A stretch of DNA of 64,000 nt from the NCBI RefSeq assembly GCF_009834535.1, contig NC_045697.1, positions 27,158,001 through 27,222,000 of the forward strand. The letters are read 5' to 3'. The notes beneath the pieces are model-generated. The model did no database searches. It saw only the letters and a program-made list of their open reading frames with translations, and was not told the DNA's origin. The translations under genes and the position numbers were made by a program. The stretch comes from Camelus ferus. Its lineage: Eukaryota. Below, piece after piece: positions 14,161-27,731 of the stretch. Every line of letters begins with the position of its first letter. The first letter of the stretch is position 1.

Positions 14161-15035
14161 TGTGACAGAATAAGAAATATATATTTGGTTTCTACCACCT
14201 GTTCCTGACACAGAACTCCTATCACCCAAGTAATGGGGTATAAGCAGGATTTTTGTTCTACTCTTTGGTCTTTGACCCTGGTTCCTGACACAGAGCTCCT
14301 AAATCCCCTGGCATTTCTTGGGTGATTAGAGTGTCTTTCAGTGAAATGAGGTGACTCTGGGTGAGCTTCTGGAGGGCTTCAGGATAGTCATTGGAAAGAC
14401 CAGGCTGTGATTAGGAGCTTGGAATTTTCAGCCCCACCTCTATCTTCTGGGCTGGGGAGAGGGGCTGGAGATTGAGTTAATAATCAATCATGCCTGTGTG
14501 ATGGAGCCTCCATAAAAATCCCTAAACTCTGGGATGTGGGGAGATTCTGGGTTGGTGAACACACCCATGTGCCTGGAGGGTGTGCACCCCAATTCCCCTA
14601 GGACAAAACTCCTGTACTCAGGGCCCTTCCAGACCTGACCCCTTGTACCTCTTTATCTGGCTGTTCATTGGTATCTTTATTATTTTTATAATAAGCTGAT
14701 AAATGTAAGCGAGTGTTCCCCTAATTTCTGTGAGCCATTACAGCAAACTGTCAAACCTGGGGAGGGACCATGGGAATGCACAATTTGCAGCCAAGAAGAA
14801 CAGATGTATGGGTAACATGGAGACTCACTGCCTGTGACAGGCATCTGAAGGAGGGGCAGTCTTGTGGGAATGGGCCCCTCACTTGCGAGGTCTGCCCTAA
14901 CTCTGCGTAGAGTGTCAGAACGGAGTTATAGTACACCCTGTTGGTGCCCAGAGAGTTGGAGAGTTGGTTGGTGTAAGAAAAATCCCCACATTTTTGGTGT
15001 CAGAAGTATTGAGATTAGAGTCAGAAACATATTTT
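14161..15035. mobile_element. MER21-like LTR
   Basis: Starts tgtgacagaataagaaatatatatttgg..ttcctgacacaga; internal ctggagattgagttaataatcaatcatgcc. Reverse-homologous to 56150-56860. Confidence 0.7.
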
Positions 15036-15726
15036 CCTTTACCACCAAAAAGGGGAAATAAATAAATCTGTCTCACAAGGTTGTTGTGAGAAACAAATGA
15101 GACGATATATGTTAAAAGTGCCCAGAAGAGCACCTGGCACGGACCGATGCTCTAGAGAGGATCGCCGTTCTCAAAGAAGAGGGGAGGGAAGCCTGAGAGA
15201 GTAAGAGGGAGGAAAGTTTGTTTTCAAGCCAGGTGTTTTCTCAAAGAGTTATCTCATGTTATGATTTGCAACTCTTCCCCCGCCAAGGTCACTGTCCTTA
15301 CCCCTATCCTAATAAATAAGGTGTTTCAGGTTCAGAGGGATCAAGTGATTGGACCAAGGTCACGAAGTTTGGGAGTGATTGAACCAAAATGCAAAAATCA
15401 GGTCCTAATGACAGCAGATCTCAACACAGAGATGAAGCGGAGGAAGAGGAGAGAGGACCGAGGAAAAGGAGGGACACATATGTAGAGAGAATGTGGATGG
15501 AGACACCAGGGAGGAGGAGCAGGAGGCAGAGTCAGTCAACCACCTGCTGTTTTACCTGTTAGGGGTCACAGGGACTGCAGTCACGCGGGTCATGCATATG
15601 TCCTGTCATCTCATCACTTGCCTTCATTATGTTTCTAACGCTTCAGCTGTTATTCACTGTCTGAAATTAGCTTTCTCAATTTTCAAGTTTTCCTTCTTGG
15701 AATGTCTTTTTCCTTCCCTGGGTACC

Positions 15727-16212
15727 TGTGACATCCTGAATAACAGCCGCCCAAAGAGGACCACACTCTAATCCCCAGAACCCGTGAACACGTTACCTTA
15801 TTTGGCAAAGGTGATTTGCAGAGTAATTATGGTAAGGATCTTGAGATGGGAAGAGTTTTCTGAATTATTCAGGTTGGCCCAATATAATCACAAGTGTCTT
15901 TATAAGAGGGAGGCAATAGAGTCAAGGTTCAAGAGAGAAGTTGCAAGGATGGAAGCAGAGGCCAGAGAGGAAAGAAGATACTTTGAAGACGGAGGAAGGG
16001 GGCTAGCACCCCAAAAGTGGAGTTAGACTCTCAAAGCGGAAAAGGCAAGGAAATAGGTTCTCCCTTAGAATTTCCAGGAGGAACCAGCCTTGCTGACACC
16101 TTGATTTTTAGCCCATTGAAATGAATTTCAGACTTCTGACCTCCAGAACTGTAAGAGCCTAACTTTGTGCTGTTCGTGGTCATCTGTTACAGCAGCGACA
16201 GGGAAGTAATAC
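15727..16212 (+). mobile_element. MLT1-type MaLR LTR
   Basis: ctaatccccagaacc..gttacctta..gacaccttgattttagccc..gacttctgacctccagaactgtaag..gttacagcagc..taataca. Confidence 0.8.
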
Positions 16213-17759
16213 AGGACCTCCCTCCCACCCCTTGTGCAGTTTGGTGCTGTTGGGCCTTAGTCAGTAGAAAACTAGTAATAGCCACTTGCAGAGTGCTTCA
16301 AAGCCTGCATGTGTAAGGCTCTCTGTCCGTTGACCATTGGGTCCCACAAATATTCTATTACTTGTCCACGGCTCCCTGAGCCAAGTTTCAAACCCACATG
16401 TGTCCAGCTCACAACCATACTCTCAACCAGAACTCCCAACAGCCTCTTCACTTTCTATTATTCGCTCAATACCTCATTTGATCCTTGTGCAAGGCCTTTA
16501 AGGAGGATATTTAAAAAAAAATCATCCTTCATTTATAGATGAGGAAGTCGATGGCCAGAGAATTTAAGTGATTTTGCCAAGGTCGTTCATCCAGTAAGCG
16601 TCAAAGCCAGCCCTCAGACAGATCAAATGCTTCATTCTCTCTGGCCCATTCAGGAGATAGAATTGCTCCTCCCTTGAACCCCACAGGACTTTGTAAATAT
16701 CTCGATCACCACAATGGATTCCAATTATATGCGTTTGTAATGGGAGCCTTTAGAATCCCAGACCCTTGTGGTTCAGTCTATCTATGATGTCAGAATTAGA
16801 GGCACAAGCAGCCAAAAACATTCAAAAAGGAAGTCTGTATTTTTTAACTTATCTCTCAAAAATAAAGGTGGGGGGGGATCCCATTAAAAACCTCCAGTTA
16901 CATTTTTATACCCCGGCCTTGTCTCCCCGGTTCTCTTACCCCACGACCCCAGGGCCTCTCAGCCATCACTCACCTCCCTGGGTCTCTCCTCTCCTGGGCC
17001 CCAGAGGCATTTTCCTTCCACTTTCTCTTCTCCCCTCCTGGAATTCCCTATTATTAGACCTACTCAGTCTCTCCTCTAAGTCTTTGCCTCGTCCTATCAG
17101 CTATTTTTAATTCTGCATCCCAGGCTTTTAACTCATCTTAGAGAGTATCTCACAGCCAGAGAGGCCCACCGGCGAGCAGCCCAACAGAGCAGTCTCTTTA
17201 TCTAGAGTTGGGGTGGGGGTGGGGCAAGGGACAGCCTGGAAGGATCTTCATTCACCTTATACCCTGCCACACTAGTCAGGGCAGCAAAACGTTGTGTGGG
17301 TACCACTTTTGTTCCAGGTGCTGCGCTGGTCAGCTTATCTATGCTACTTCCAACCTTCCCAGCATCCCTGAGAAGTAGGTATTTCATTGGAAGGATCCAA
17401 GTCAGGGACTATGTGATTCCCCCGGTTTCCACAGGCCTCCCCCGAAAGCCCTCTCCCTTTCCCGGTCACACACTACCTCCCAGCAAATGTTCTAAATAAA
17501 CCATGAGTTCCTCAAGGTCAGGTACCACATCTTATTCATTGTTTTATTCCCAGAGCCTAATACCGAGCCGGGCACATTAAAAGTATTTGAACAAAATGCA
17601 ATGCTCTCCTGACCCCTTCAGCACAATTCTAGCAGAAGTTGCCTCAGGCATCATCTCAGCCCCAAGAGTAATACTTCTCCTTGCCTTCCACTTACCGAAG
17701 CCACCATATTCACCCTACCTGGGCTCTTAGACCCTCAGGTCTAGGGTTGGGTGGACTTT

Positions 17760-18080
17760 TGCATACATCTAGTCCACGTCTCTTACTTTATCCACTAGGA
17801 AACTGAGTCCAGCGAGGTGGCTAATCTGGTGAGTGTCCTTGTCCAGCATATTACAGGGTTTCTCCTTGCTGAAGGGTAATTGCAAATACAAAACAGGAAT
17901 TTGGCACCGGCATCCTTCAGGTGGTTTTCTTGGTGACAGCCTGGACCTGTTCCCAGAAAGCTACATGGCAAACAGGTTATCTTTTTACATAGTTTTCCAG
18001 GAAGTTTTATGTTCTATCACTGAATTCAGAATAGGTTGAACTGAAATTTTCCGTCAGTTCTGGGAAAGCCATTTGACCTC
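17760..18080 (-). pseudogene. Possible terminal pseudo-exon of the dynein-like gene
   Basis: Unique non-repeat sequence with a candidate acceptor aaacccttag|. QIPVLYLQLP compared with MPVIWLKP. Weak. Confidence 0.25.
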
Positions 18081-18992
18081 CTAAGGGTTTTATTAATTTG
18101 GCCATCCAAAATAAGAAAGAAAGGAAAGAACACTGACCTGAGAACAAAGGAGATTTGAGTTCCAGTCCTGACTCTGATACTTGGTCTCAGGCAATTTCCC
18201 AAACGTCTGACAGCTGACTTTGACTCACGGGCTCTCTAATGGTTTTCAGAAACTGAGCAGCAGTCTAGGATGCTTCTACCCAGCCTTCCTCTTCTGTCTT
18301 CATTTGTGGTCTGACAACTCTCCTAGCCCCTTGCCTGGACCCTCCTCATTTTGTCTCAGGTGCTTCCATTAATAGAGTCCTTGAGCATTTAATCCCATTT
18401 TGGTGTCTTCTTCTTTGAGGACCCAAATTATCATGTTTCCAACCTACTCCAAATTCAAATTGTTCTCATTGGAGTCCTTCAGTCATGCATCTCTTCCCCT
18501 TCCAGACCCAGAATTCATTTTTGTTCAACCAGTATTGACAGACTGCCCATCTTGTCCCAGGCACAGTGCTGGTGGGAACAGTGATGGACAAGCCAGACGT
18601 GGTCTCCTGGAGCATTCATTCTGGGTCAGTCTTCCTCTGCTTTTATCTCACTGTATCAAAATCCTACTCTTTCGAGAGCTCCATCTGAGTTCTTCCTGAT
18701 TCTACTTAAACCATCCCACCCTGGAGTTCTCCGTTGTCTGCAGAACCTCCCTATTTCATTGTTTGTATTACTATTTTGGTACTTACACTGCATTATGCTA
18801 CGTTTGTGTTTACACATTATCTACACAGCTTGATTATTAAATGCTTGAGGACAGGAACACTCTTTTATATTTTTGTGTGCTAAAGCACAATTGGCATGTA
18901 ATAAAAAATGAGATTTATCATTTAATGAATGCTTATGATTTTCCAGTCAAAGAGATTTTCAGTACTGTGCAAGTGGGTAAATGTATTAAGCA

Positions 18993-19435
18993 TGTCTTAT
19001 TTTCTGGATTCTGATGCTTTGACATCTGGGCTTTGCTGACCTGGAGGGACTTCCCCTCCCAGGGTCAGGCAATTCCTAAAGATAATAAACAAGTCCCTCA
19101 CCAGTATACTCTTCAACTCTAAGCCGCCCAATCCAGAATCCACACCCCAAGAGTCTCCTTATCTCACCCTCTTGACCACCATCCACCTGCCCTAATCACC
19201 CCAAAGCCATGCACTGGACAATTACAGCTGCCCTGTGCCCCAGAGTCTGCTGAGACAATTCAAACTGGCCAATTCCTGGGACTGTTCACTCTGCCTCACC
19301 CACTAATTCCTGCAGAAACGACAGTGAAGATTTGCCCACAGTCCCCTGCTCTCCCTCTATCTCCTGACTGACCTTGGTGCTTGCCCCCAACTTTGGGAAC
19401 CGTAAGAAACAGTTTCTTCAATTTGAATCCCAATG
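18993..19435 (+). mobile_element. MER39/MER34-like LTR fragment
   Basis: gattctgatgctttgacatctgggctttgctgacc..cccctcccagggtcaggcaattcct. Confidence 0.55.
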
Positions 19436-20344
19436 TGTTGGTCTTGCTATAACTCAAAATTTCTATTCACACACTATTTTAAAGCCATAAGGAAGGTATC
19501 AGATTTTTTTAAAGAGGGAAATGGTATGGAAAAAATTAATAATATCATTCTATATTTGGTAAAAAAAATATATATAACCAATTGTTCTAGAACTTCAAAT
19601 AAAGTAAGATCTGACTCTATTTTCTTGATAGATGGTAATATTCAGACTCTGTAGTGATTTTCTACCAGAGTCAGCAGTGGAGGAAATGTATGAGGAGGGA
19701 GGAGAGAGACTTTTATGTTTGCATAAAAGGAGGTGTATTCATTAGGATAGGACTAGTGCACTGAAACAAAGAACAATAAGCAAAAAGGAGTTTAAAGAGG
19801 ATGGATGTGGATTTCTCTCCCATGGAACTGTGTGAGGCGAGTGTTTGAGGCAGTTAGAAGCTCTGCTCCATTGAGTCATTCAGGGCCTCCTGGCCTTGGC
19901 CTCGTCCACATGGTCAAGGCTGGGCCTCCAGCGGTCCTAACCAGGGAAGAGGCATGGAGGAGGCACACCCAGTGTCTTAGCCAGGAGCCCAGAGTGGCCC
20001 GTCTTGTGTTCAGTCACATTCTATTGGTGAGAAGGACCACAGCTAACTGCAGGCAGCTGGGAAATAGAGAATGAGCAGTCACCTGCCCAGTGACCACTTC
20101 ATTACCATGGAAGACAGAGGACTCATTTAGGGGGAGAGGGGCTGACTCTGCTGCAGTACCATAGACGGGAAAAGCTAGAGAAAGACGGCCTTGCAGGCAT
20201 CTCGTGAGATATTATTATTTTCATGTGACAGTTGAGGACCCTTGAACACAGAGTGGTAAAGTAATTAATTAGGTCACAGCCTAGTTAAACGTGGAACTGA
20301 AACTTGAAGTCAAGACTATGGGATTTTAAAGCTTGTTTTCCCTC

Positions 20345-20860
20345 TTTTTTCCCCCCAGCTTTATTGAGATATAACTGACAAAATTATAAGATATTTAAAG
20401 TGTGCAACATGATGATTTTATGTATTATATACACACATACATACCTTGTGAAAGGATCCCCTCCCTCGAGTTAACACATCCATCACTTCACACGTCTACC
20501 TTTTTTAGGGGGTGGGGGTGGTGAGGGCATTCAAGTTCTGCTCTCTTAGCAAATTTCAACCATACGGTACACTTTTATCAACTATAGTCACCATGTTGTA
20601 CATTAGAGGCTCAGCTCTTATTCATCTTATATTATAACTGAAAGTTTGTACCCTTTTACCAACTTCTCCCTATTTCCTCTACCCTCAACCCCTGGCAACC
20701 AGCATTCTATTCTGTTTCTTTGAGTTCAACTTGTCTTTTTAAGTCTCCACTTGTAAGCGACACCAGAGGTATTCGTCTGTTCCACCGGGCTAATTTCACT
20801 TAGCATAATGCCCTCCAAGTTCACCCATGTTGTCACAAACCGCAGGATTCCCTCCTTTTC
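20345..20860 (-). mobile_element. Older L1M-type 3' fragment
   Basis: gctttattgagatataactgac ... atttcacttagcataatg pattern of L1 3' ends. Confidence 0.75.
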
Positions 20861-21320
20861 CTTGAATATTTAATACTCTTTACATTCTTTTCTCTCCTTG
20901 CTACTGTTCTTCGGTGAATATGCTTTGTCTCTCTTAAGTTTGGAGTGGTTTCTCTTATTCTCTCTTTTCTTTCTTAGGCCTATAATTTACAAAATGTTTA
21001 TCTATATAGATTTTTGCTTTTCTTCCAGCTCACATATCCCTTATTTGATTTCCCTTATGTTCATTATTCTTGCAGTTGGTCATCTTTCTTATTTTATCTA
21101 AATTATCATAATTCAAGCATTGTTTTTCTGTTCTATTTACTGTTTGTCATTGTTTTTGTTGTTTTTTTCTTACCTTGCTTTTTTTCTAACAATTCATTCC
21201 TGTGGGGATATGTTAACTCAGACTAAAGATATTCCTACTTTGATTGAAATCAGTAAAGTCCATGAAATAATAAGAGTATTGACTCTTTTTTAGTTCAATG
21301 TGCAAATCAAAATGTCATAC

Positions 21321-21503
21321 AGTAGGGTCATTAAAATCACATAGTGGGTTCCTGGAAATAGCTAAATTGTAAGCAATGACATTGTTGCTCATAAAACAGA
21401 AGGTAAGCAAGGTGAACTTGAAAACATAGGTGCCAACTCGATAAGCAGCCACTTTATTTCCTGGTTTTCACTATGTAGCCATTCAATATACTTGGACTCT
21501 AGT
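21321..21503 (-). pseudogene. Dynein-like pseudo-exon, C-terminal domain
   Basis: Acceptor cattgttccag|, phase-2 compatible with the previous exon. RLESKYIEWLHSENQEIKWLLIELAPMFSSSPCLPSVL* compared with RxxFLQDWIxxGxPxVFWLSGFFFPQAFLTGVL. Donor ACT|gtatga. Confidence 0.55.
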
Positions 21504-21956
21504 CTGGAACAATGTTTATATAAATTAATTAGATTATCAAAAAGGAAATAAATTGGATTTCTAAATTACTAATTTCAAAAGAATATTTTAACTAATGAGA
21601 GAAAATTTATTTTCCTGTTACAAGTAGATTTATGCAGACATTGCCCTAAAACTTCAATAGATTATGTAAGTCGAAAGAAAAAGAAGCTGAATACTATTTA
21701 ACTCCCCCATACAGTAAATATTTTCTTTCATTTTCTTGGTTCTAATAGTCATAAGATACAAATTATGATTTTTATTTAAAAAAATAAAAGTAACAGTAGC
21801 AAGTAGATTAATGATAAAGTCGTCTCTCAGCTGGCTGAGGGTTGGTCCTAGGACTCCTCGTGGGTATCAAAATCTGTGGATATTCCAGTCCCTAATATAA
21901 AATGGTGTAGTATTTGCATATAACCTACACACATCCGCCCATATACTTTAAATCAT

Positions 21957-22112
21957 CTCTAGATTGTTCACTTTTTTTGTTTGTTTGTGGGGGTAATTAT
22001 GTTTATTTATTGATTTATGTTTAAAGGAGGTACTAGGGATTGAACTCAGGACCTGGTGCATGCTAAGCATGCGCTCGACCACTTGAGCTACACCCTCCCC
22101 ACCTCTAGATTG
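21957..22112 (-). mobile_element. tRNA-derived SINE inserted in a Tigger/MER2-like element
   Basis: A and B boxes as above; 10-bp TSD ctctagattg at 21957-21966 and 22103-22112. Confidence 0.85.
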
Positions 22113-24453
22113 CTTATAATACCTAATACTGTGTAAATAGTTGTAAATACAATATAAATGCTACATAAATAGTTGGCAGAGTGGCAAATCCAAGTTTTGC
22201 TTTTTGGAAATTTCTGGAATTTTTTTCAAATATTTGTTGGTTGGATCTGTGATGTGGAACCTGCAGATACTAAGGGCCAACTGCGCTCATATAAGCATCA
22301 GTTATGAGCCCTGTGGCCACAAGCAGTGCAAAACCCAGCTGTTCCAGCCAGGGGGGGTTAACTGCTGTAACAGTCAGCTCCAGCATGTCAGTGCTTGACA
22401 TAAAAGGTTCATTTTCACTCATGAAATATTTCAATAGAGATATTCCTGGACAGGCAGCCCTCCTGTGTGACTCTCTATCAAAAAATTACTTGGGCCTTAG
22501 GCTCCTTCAACCTTGTGTCTCCACCATCTTCCAGGACATTGAGTCCTCTGAGTTCCAGCTTCCCAGATGTCAAGAAACCTATGGAGGAGAAGACTGTGTG
22601 GGATGGTAGTTAACCAGATCACACATCCAAAGTCTAGACATACAAGAGGTTCTATACGCTGGAGGAAAAGGAGACAGAGGCAGTTGAATACATAGCTATC
22701 ACTGCCACTCCAGCCAAAATAAACAGCAACTAATTTTCAAAGTGTTCCTCTTTATACCCACTTTCATAGGGGAGTAACCCTAGAAATGCAAATAGTGACA
22801 AGGTACACTAGCATGTACACAAGTGGCCCATTTTATTATTTGCACATCTAAGTTAAAAGAAGTACCAAATTAAAGCCAGCTGTTTCATACTGGGGTCCCA
22901 AATTTGCAGCCATGACTGCTGGTGTCTGGAGGAGGAAAGCATTTAGCAAGGTAGACAGAGGTACCCCAGGGTAGCCTCTGAGAGGGTAGCTTCCCTTTGT
23001 AATGATACCTATGGTGGCAGAATTTTAAAATGTTCTTCGAGATTGCCACTGTATGTAAGATTTCACTGCCATGATTGGGTTACTTTATATAACATAGGAC
23101 AAGGGATTTCACAGCTGTAATGAGGATTCCTAATCAGTTGACTTTAAGTTATTCAAAAGGGAGGTTACCTTGAGTGGCCCTGACCTAATCAGATGAAACC
23201 ATGGAGGGGGAAAGTCTATAGGTCAGATTGAAGTCAGAGATTCAAAGCAGCAGAAGACTGTCTCCTGTTGGCCTTGAAGAAGCAAACTGCCATGTTGTTC
23301 TGAAGAGCTCAGAGCCCTTTATAAATGTAGATAATACCTATACCATTTACAAACAAAATGCAGCTCTCCTTCCACAAAATATTCCCAACATGAAGAAGCC
23401 ATTTAACACTGAGCCTTTTAAAATACCAAAGCCATTATAAGCTTTTTAATTCACAGATATGATTATGTCATTCACCTGCTTAAAATTACCAGTGATGTAC
23501 CATTGTCTACAGGACGAAGTCCAATCAATGCCCTGACAATCTAGCCCCTGCTTCCCTGTCTAGATTCATCTCTGGCCCTGCTCTCCATATGCAGGCTTTC
23601 CAATCTTCTTGTTTTGAATGCAAGTTGTTATTCCTTGCCTGTGTGCCTTGGCCATTCTGGCTTTCTCCTTCATCTTTGGACTAACATTTATTTATCCTTG
23701 AAGATTTTATTTCAAATCCCTCTCCTATTGCATTCATTATTTGCTCCAATTATTTATTGGCACTTTTATACAAGTCTTACTTTCTCTCTAAGTTATTCAG
23801 TTTCTAATATTGAATGGTGAAAGTTTGGATAGCTACTGTGGGTAACAAGGGATACCATATTGTCTGAAATTACTTTGTTCCTATATTTCAAATAGCACGT
23901 AGTAAAAGTATGGCTAGTGAGGGCTCTGAGCAGTCAGAGAAATATGCTAGTGTATATAAATACACACACACCTAATCAGTTCCTGATTCTAGATAGCTAG
24001 AATTCAGAACATGAAGGCTACTTGATTAGTTTCATTTTATAACTTACTTATCTTTATGCCATGTAGTCTATAGGGTTAATAGCATGAGAACTACAGCAAG
24101 ACTGCCTGGGTTAAAATCCCAGCTCTACTGCCTATCAGCCTAACTCTCTTCCTCACTTTCCATAGCTGCATAATGGGAATAATAATAGCACCAATCTCAT
24201 TAAGTTGTGAGGATCAGAGCTTTGTCTGTTCTAAAGAGGATGTAAGGATGTAAGGTGGGGGGTGTGTCTGTGTGTGTCTGTGTGTATGCATTTTACTCTT
24301 CAATTAGCTTGCCTGCTCCCTGGGGGCAGCAGCCATGCCCTGGATCTCTTTGTGTGTTTCTGTAATGGCTGGCACAGTGCCAAGTATATGGTGAGCACTT
24401 ATTGACTATTAATCCCCGCCCCTTTCTCTTGAGAATCCGCACCACGCCAGTAC

Positions 24454-24647
24454 CTCTTTATCTATTCCCACGGTGCGGAGCATTGTGCTTGGCTCAATGG
24501 TAAATGTGCGTCGGTTGGTTGGACTGTAATTGCTGCCGGCAGCCATGCCCTCCACCCAGCAGGCAGAGTCACTGACCCATACAACAGTGTTTCAACTATC
24601 TTGATCACCCTTCTACCTGCAGGTTGGGTAAGCAGCGATGACAGGCT
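24454..24647 (-). pseudogene. Dynein-like pseudo-exon, C-terminal domain (VPxxW)
   Basis: Acceptor ctctttcctgtcttggcag| and donor GAG|gtactg; phase 0-2. KIVETLLYGSVTLPAGWRAW compared with VFNSLLNGKVPAMW. Confidence 0.6.
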
Positions 24648-24959
24648 CTGCCAAGACAGGAAAGAGTAGGCTCATAATAACAGTTTAAAATAACTCACTA
24701 TTCTCAATAGCAAAAAGCTAGAATTACAGCCATATGGAATGCTTCTAAAGAAAATCATCACTGTCCTCTATTTGAAAGTATTTCTTACACTTAAAAATAT
24801 GTGAAGGTTGATGAATCTGAATGAATACAAATAATTAACTAAACAATTACTGCTACCAGAAAAGAGAAAGCTGACCTAAGAAGACTTTTCATTCTACTTA
24901 TTCTCAAAGGATATCCTGCGGAAGCTTAATGATGAATTAAAGCCTCCCAGAAACCTTAC

Positions 24960-25213
24960 TCGGGGATTCAGATGTGGGAGGATGGTGGTGTCACACTGTG
25001 GCAGAATGCATGGTTGGTCTTGGTGACCTTCTTTTATAACCTCTTAAAGCATGTTATCTACACCATCCGCTGGGCTGTAAGAACTGCTTTGTCCTTTGTG
25101 GTTTCTCCCATGGCCCCACCCACGGAGAAGCAAACCCTTAATCAGAGAAAGAGTTTGCACTCTGCAAATGTGGTGATCTCACTGAGGAAGTGAAGGCCAT
25201 TCATCAGGCTGAA
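24960..25213 (-). pseudogene. Dynein-like pseudo-exon, start of C-terminal domain
   Basis: Acceptor gttttgttttag| and donor CGA|gtaagg; 254 nt, phase 1-0, compatible with both neighbours; two stops. Motif similarity weak. Confidence 0.45.
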
Positions 25214-25502
25214 CTAAAACAAAACAAAACAAAACTCTGCACTGATGCTCACCCATTTAGAGACGAATGTGAATAAACTCTCTAGCTTTACAGTCTCTTC
25301 CATACCTTTATCCTGTACGCTTTTATTTTCTGCTGAAAGAAAAAAAAATTAGTAACTTCAGTCCCTCCACCATTGGGAAATGGGTTTTAAGGTGATGAGT
25401 TTTTTCTCATCCCCCCAATTTCAGAGCAGCTCATGGGGAGAATAGATAAGGAGGGGAAACAAAAGCAAAGAAGGACATAAAAATAAATGGCCTGCTTTTT
25501 AC

Positions 25503-25946
25503 TCTGTCCCCTTTCTCCATGGCATCTGGACACTTCCTTTGTAGGTTCTTTTATGGCTGCTTCTGGACTTTCAAAGCTGTCTAGGCTGAGACATAGTTAA
25601 AGAGCAGAAAGGAGCTGGGCTGCAAATCACAGCAATTTCCCAGGGAGGGAGTGCTCCGAGATGGGCCATTGATCTTCGTTGTCCTACTAGACAAATAGAT
25701 TTCTCAACCTCAAAGGAAACTTAGCTCAACAAAGCTTAGTTTGGGAGGATGCTTTATATCTGTTTCTTTATTCTTTAAAAATATGACCTGCAGTTCCTGA
25801 GTATATACCAAGATGAAAGGACTTTGGAAGCACAGAGAAAGGGCATCCTGGCTCCACACCCTAAAAGCCCAGGAAAAAATCCTGGGCACACAAAATGTAT
25901 TTTTATACCAGCTCAACAGCGTACAGTAGGTAAACTGGTTGAGTTT
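25503..25946 (-). pseudogene. Two dynein-like pseudo-exons, AAA6 lid (25946-25788 and about 25683-25503)
   Basis: YLLYAVELV (compare KLLFGLCFFH) and RVWSQDAL. Then LPGKLL*F or LPPWE (compare VPWEALRY). AG/GT boundaries present, with a NAGNAG acceptor at 25689-25684. Confidence 0.45.
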
Positions 25947-27476
25947 CTACATGCTTTTTAAAAAGCAGCGATACTCATTTGTCATATCAAATTCTCCTAT
26001 TGCATAAAGCAGTCTCTCCTAAGAATCAATTAAGCATGGGGAAATTCAGAATTCTTAGCTCTGTGACTGCAACAATACTGTGTGGTTAGCAAAAACTATG
26101 ACTGTACACAAATAAATAAATCACAAAGCTGATAATCTGAAAGAGAGACATAGAACAAAGATGCTCTGAGAATTTGTAATCTTGCATTGTAACCTATTTT
26201 GATTAGTGAGTTGATTAATTTGTACCTAAATACACCTGGATTGATTTATTCTCCCATTCTGTCACCCTACTGGAAATGACCACGTGGGAAGACCCTTGTT
26301 GATAGCCATCTTAAAATCAAAGATCTCAGATCCATGGGGCCTGGAGCTGACCCCTGAGTGTGGTTAGCATCTAGAATCTGCCTGGCAGCTTTTGTAACAA
26401 GCTCTACCGTCAAGCTGCTGAGAAGCTCCTGGGGGAAGAAAATCAAATGAGCACTGTCAATGAGCTTTCATCATTTTATTATTTTTAAATAACTTTTTTA
26501 TGATTAGAAAAGCTCCAATGCAGAAAAATTAGACAATATAGATGAGAATAAAGGTTTTTTTCATAATCCCATTCACAAAAATAAACACCTTCTCACATAC
26601 ATTATATCCATTTGAATCTATTTTTATGTAAATAAGGTAAAGTAGCAAGTGCTTCAAGGTTTAATTCTCAAGTCAGCTAATAAGGGGGAAAACATGTAAA
26701 CCATCCCTGAACTATCCTTAAATCACTCATAAGGTTCCGTATCCATGGTTTTATGTTCACAAGTCTGTAAAGTGCTTCCTGTGTATACTAAAGTTTGATA
26801 TCCACTCAGCTAGACTAAAAGAAAAAACAAAAGCAATATCTTAAAATAGGAAGGAGGGTGGAGAATTCTAAAGTTGTATTGCTTGCTGGCAGTATCTACT
26901 TTGTTATGTTTTAGTATTAAGCAGTTATAACCTTGATACATATTAATAGATTGCTTTATTGTGTGGATTAAACATGGTAATGGAGCCACACCTCACTAGA
27001 GATTAAATTCTAAACGTGGTGCCTAAGATGCATGTATGATGCCATGCCTCCCTCTCTCCCTCTATCTCTGGATGTGAAAAAAAAAATCTCAGGTCATATA
27101 TGCTGTTTTGGAGCCCACTTCTTTCATTTAGCAAGATATTTTAAGCATTTTCCCAAGATAATCAAATGCTACTCTAAAACACATATCCTATTTATGGTTA
27201 CTGTTCAAAGTTTGTTTTAATATAATTGTATTTCTGTTGCTGGCCACGGAGAGATGTAACTTACCTATTTGAAATTTACAAATAGTTTGCCCCCCAAAAT
27301 TTTAATGGGGGCCTTCTTTGTGCCTGGGAATTCAAAGGGACTCTATGCTGCTCTGGCAGGAGCTGAAGAATTGAGGCTGCAGGACCTCTATATTGGAGAA
27401 CCGAGCTCTCAGGAGCAAAAGAGGAAACATCTCAACCCCCATATTAAGACGACTACTTCTGTTGTTAATTTCTTAC

Positions 27477-27731
27477 CACCATTCAACACATTCCATTTTC
27501 TAGTCATTTATTCTTGATGTTCTTTCTGCCTGAAAGCAGTTTTGCAGCTTCCAGGTATGCGGCAACAGCTAGACCCCAACAAGCTACACGAGGCTGGACT
27601 AGATGGAGAAAAGCAGAAGGTGGTGAAAATTTCAGGAATGGCATGGAAGACATTAGCGGTGAAGTTAAAGAAGAAGGGACTGTGGCAAATTTTAAGACAA
27701 CAGAGAAGAATTAGTAGGAATTGGGGGTTAA
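27477..27731 (-). pseudogene. Dynein-like pseudo-exon, AAA6
   Basis: Acceptor attaacctctag| and donor GTG|gtaaga; 255 nt, phase 1-1, one stop. Starts NPQFLLIL (compare HPDFRLWL). Confidence 0.5.
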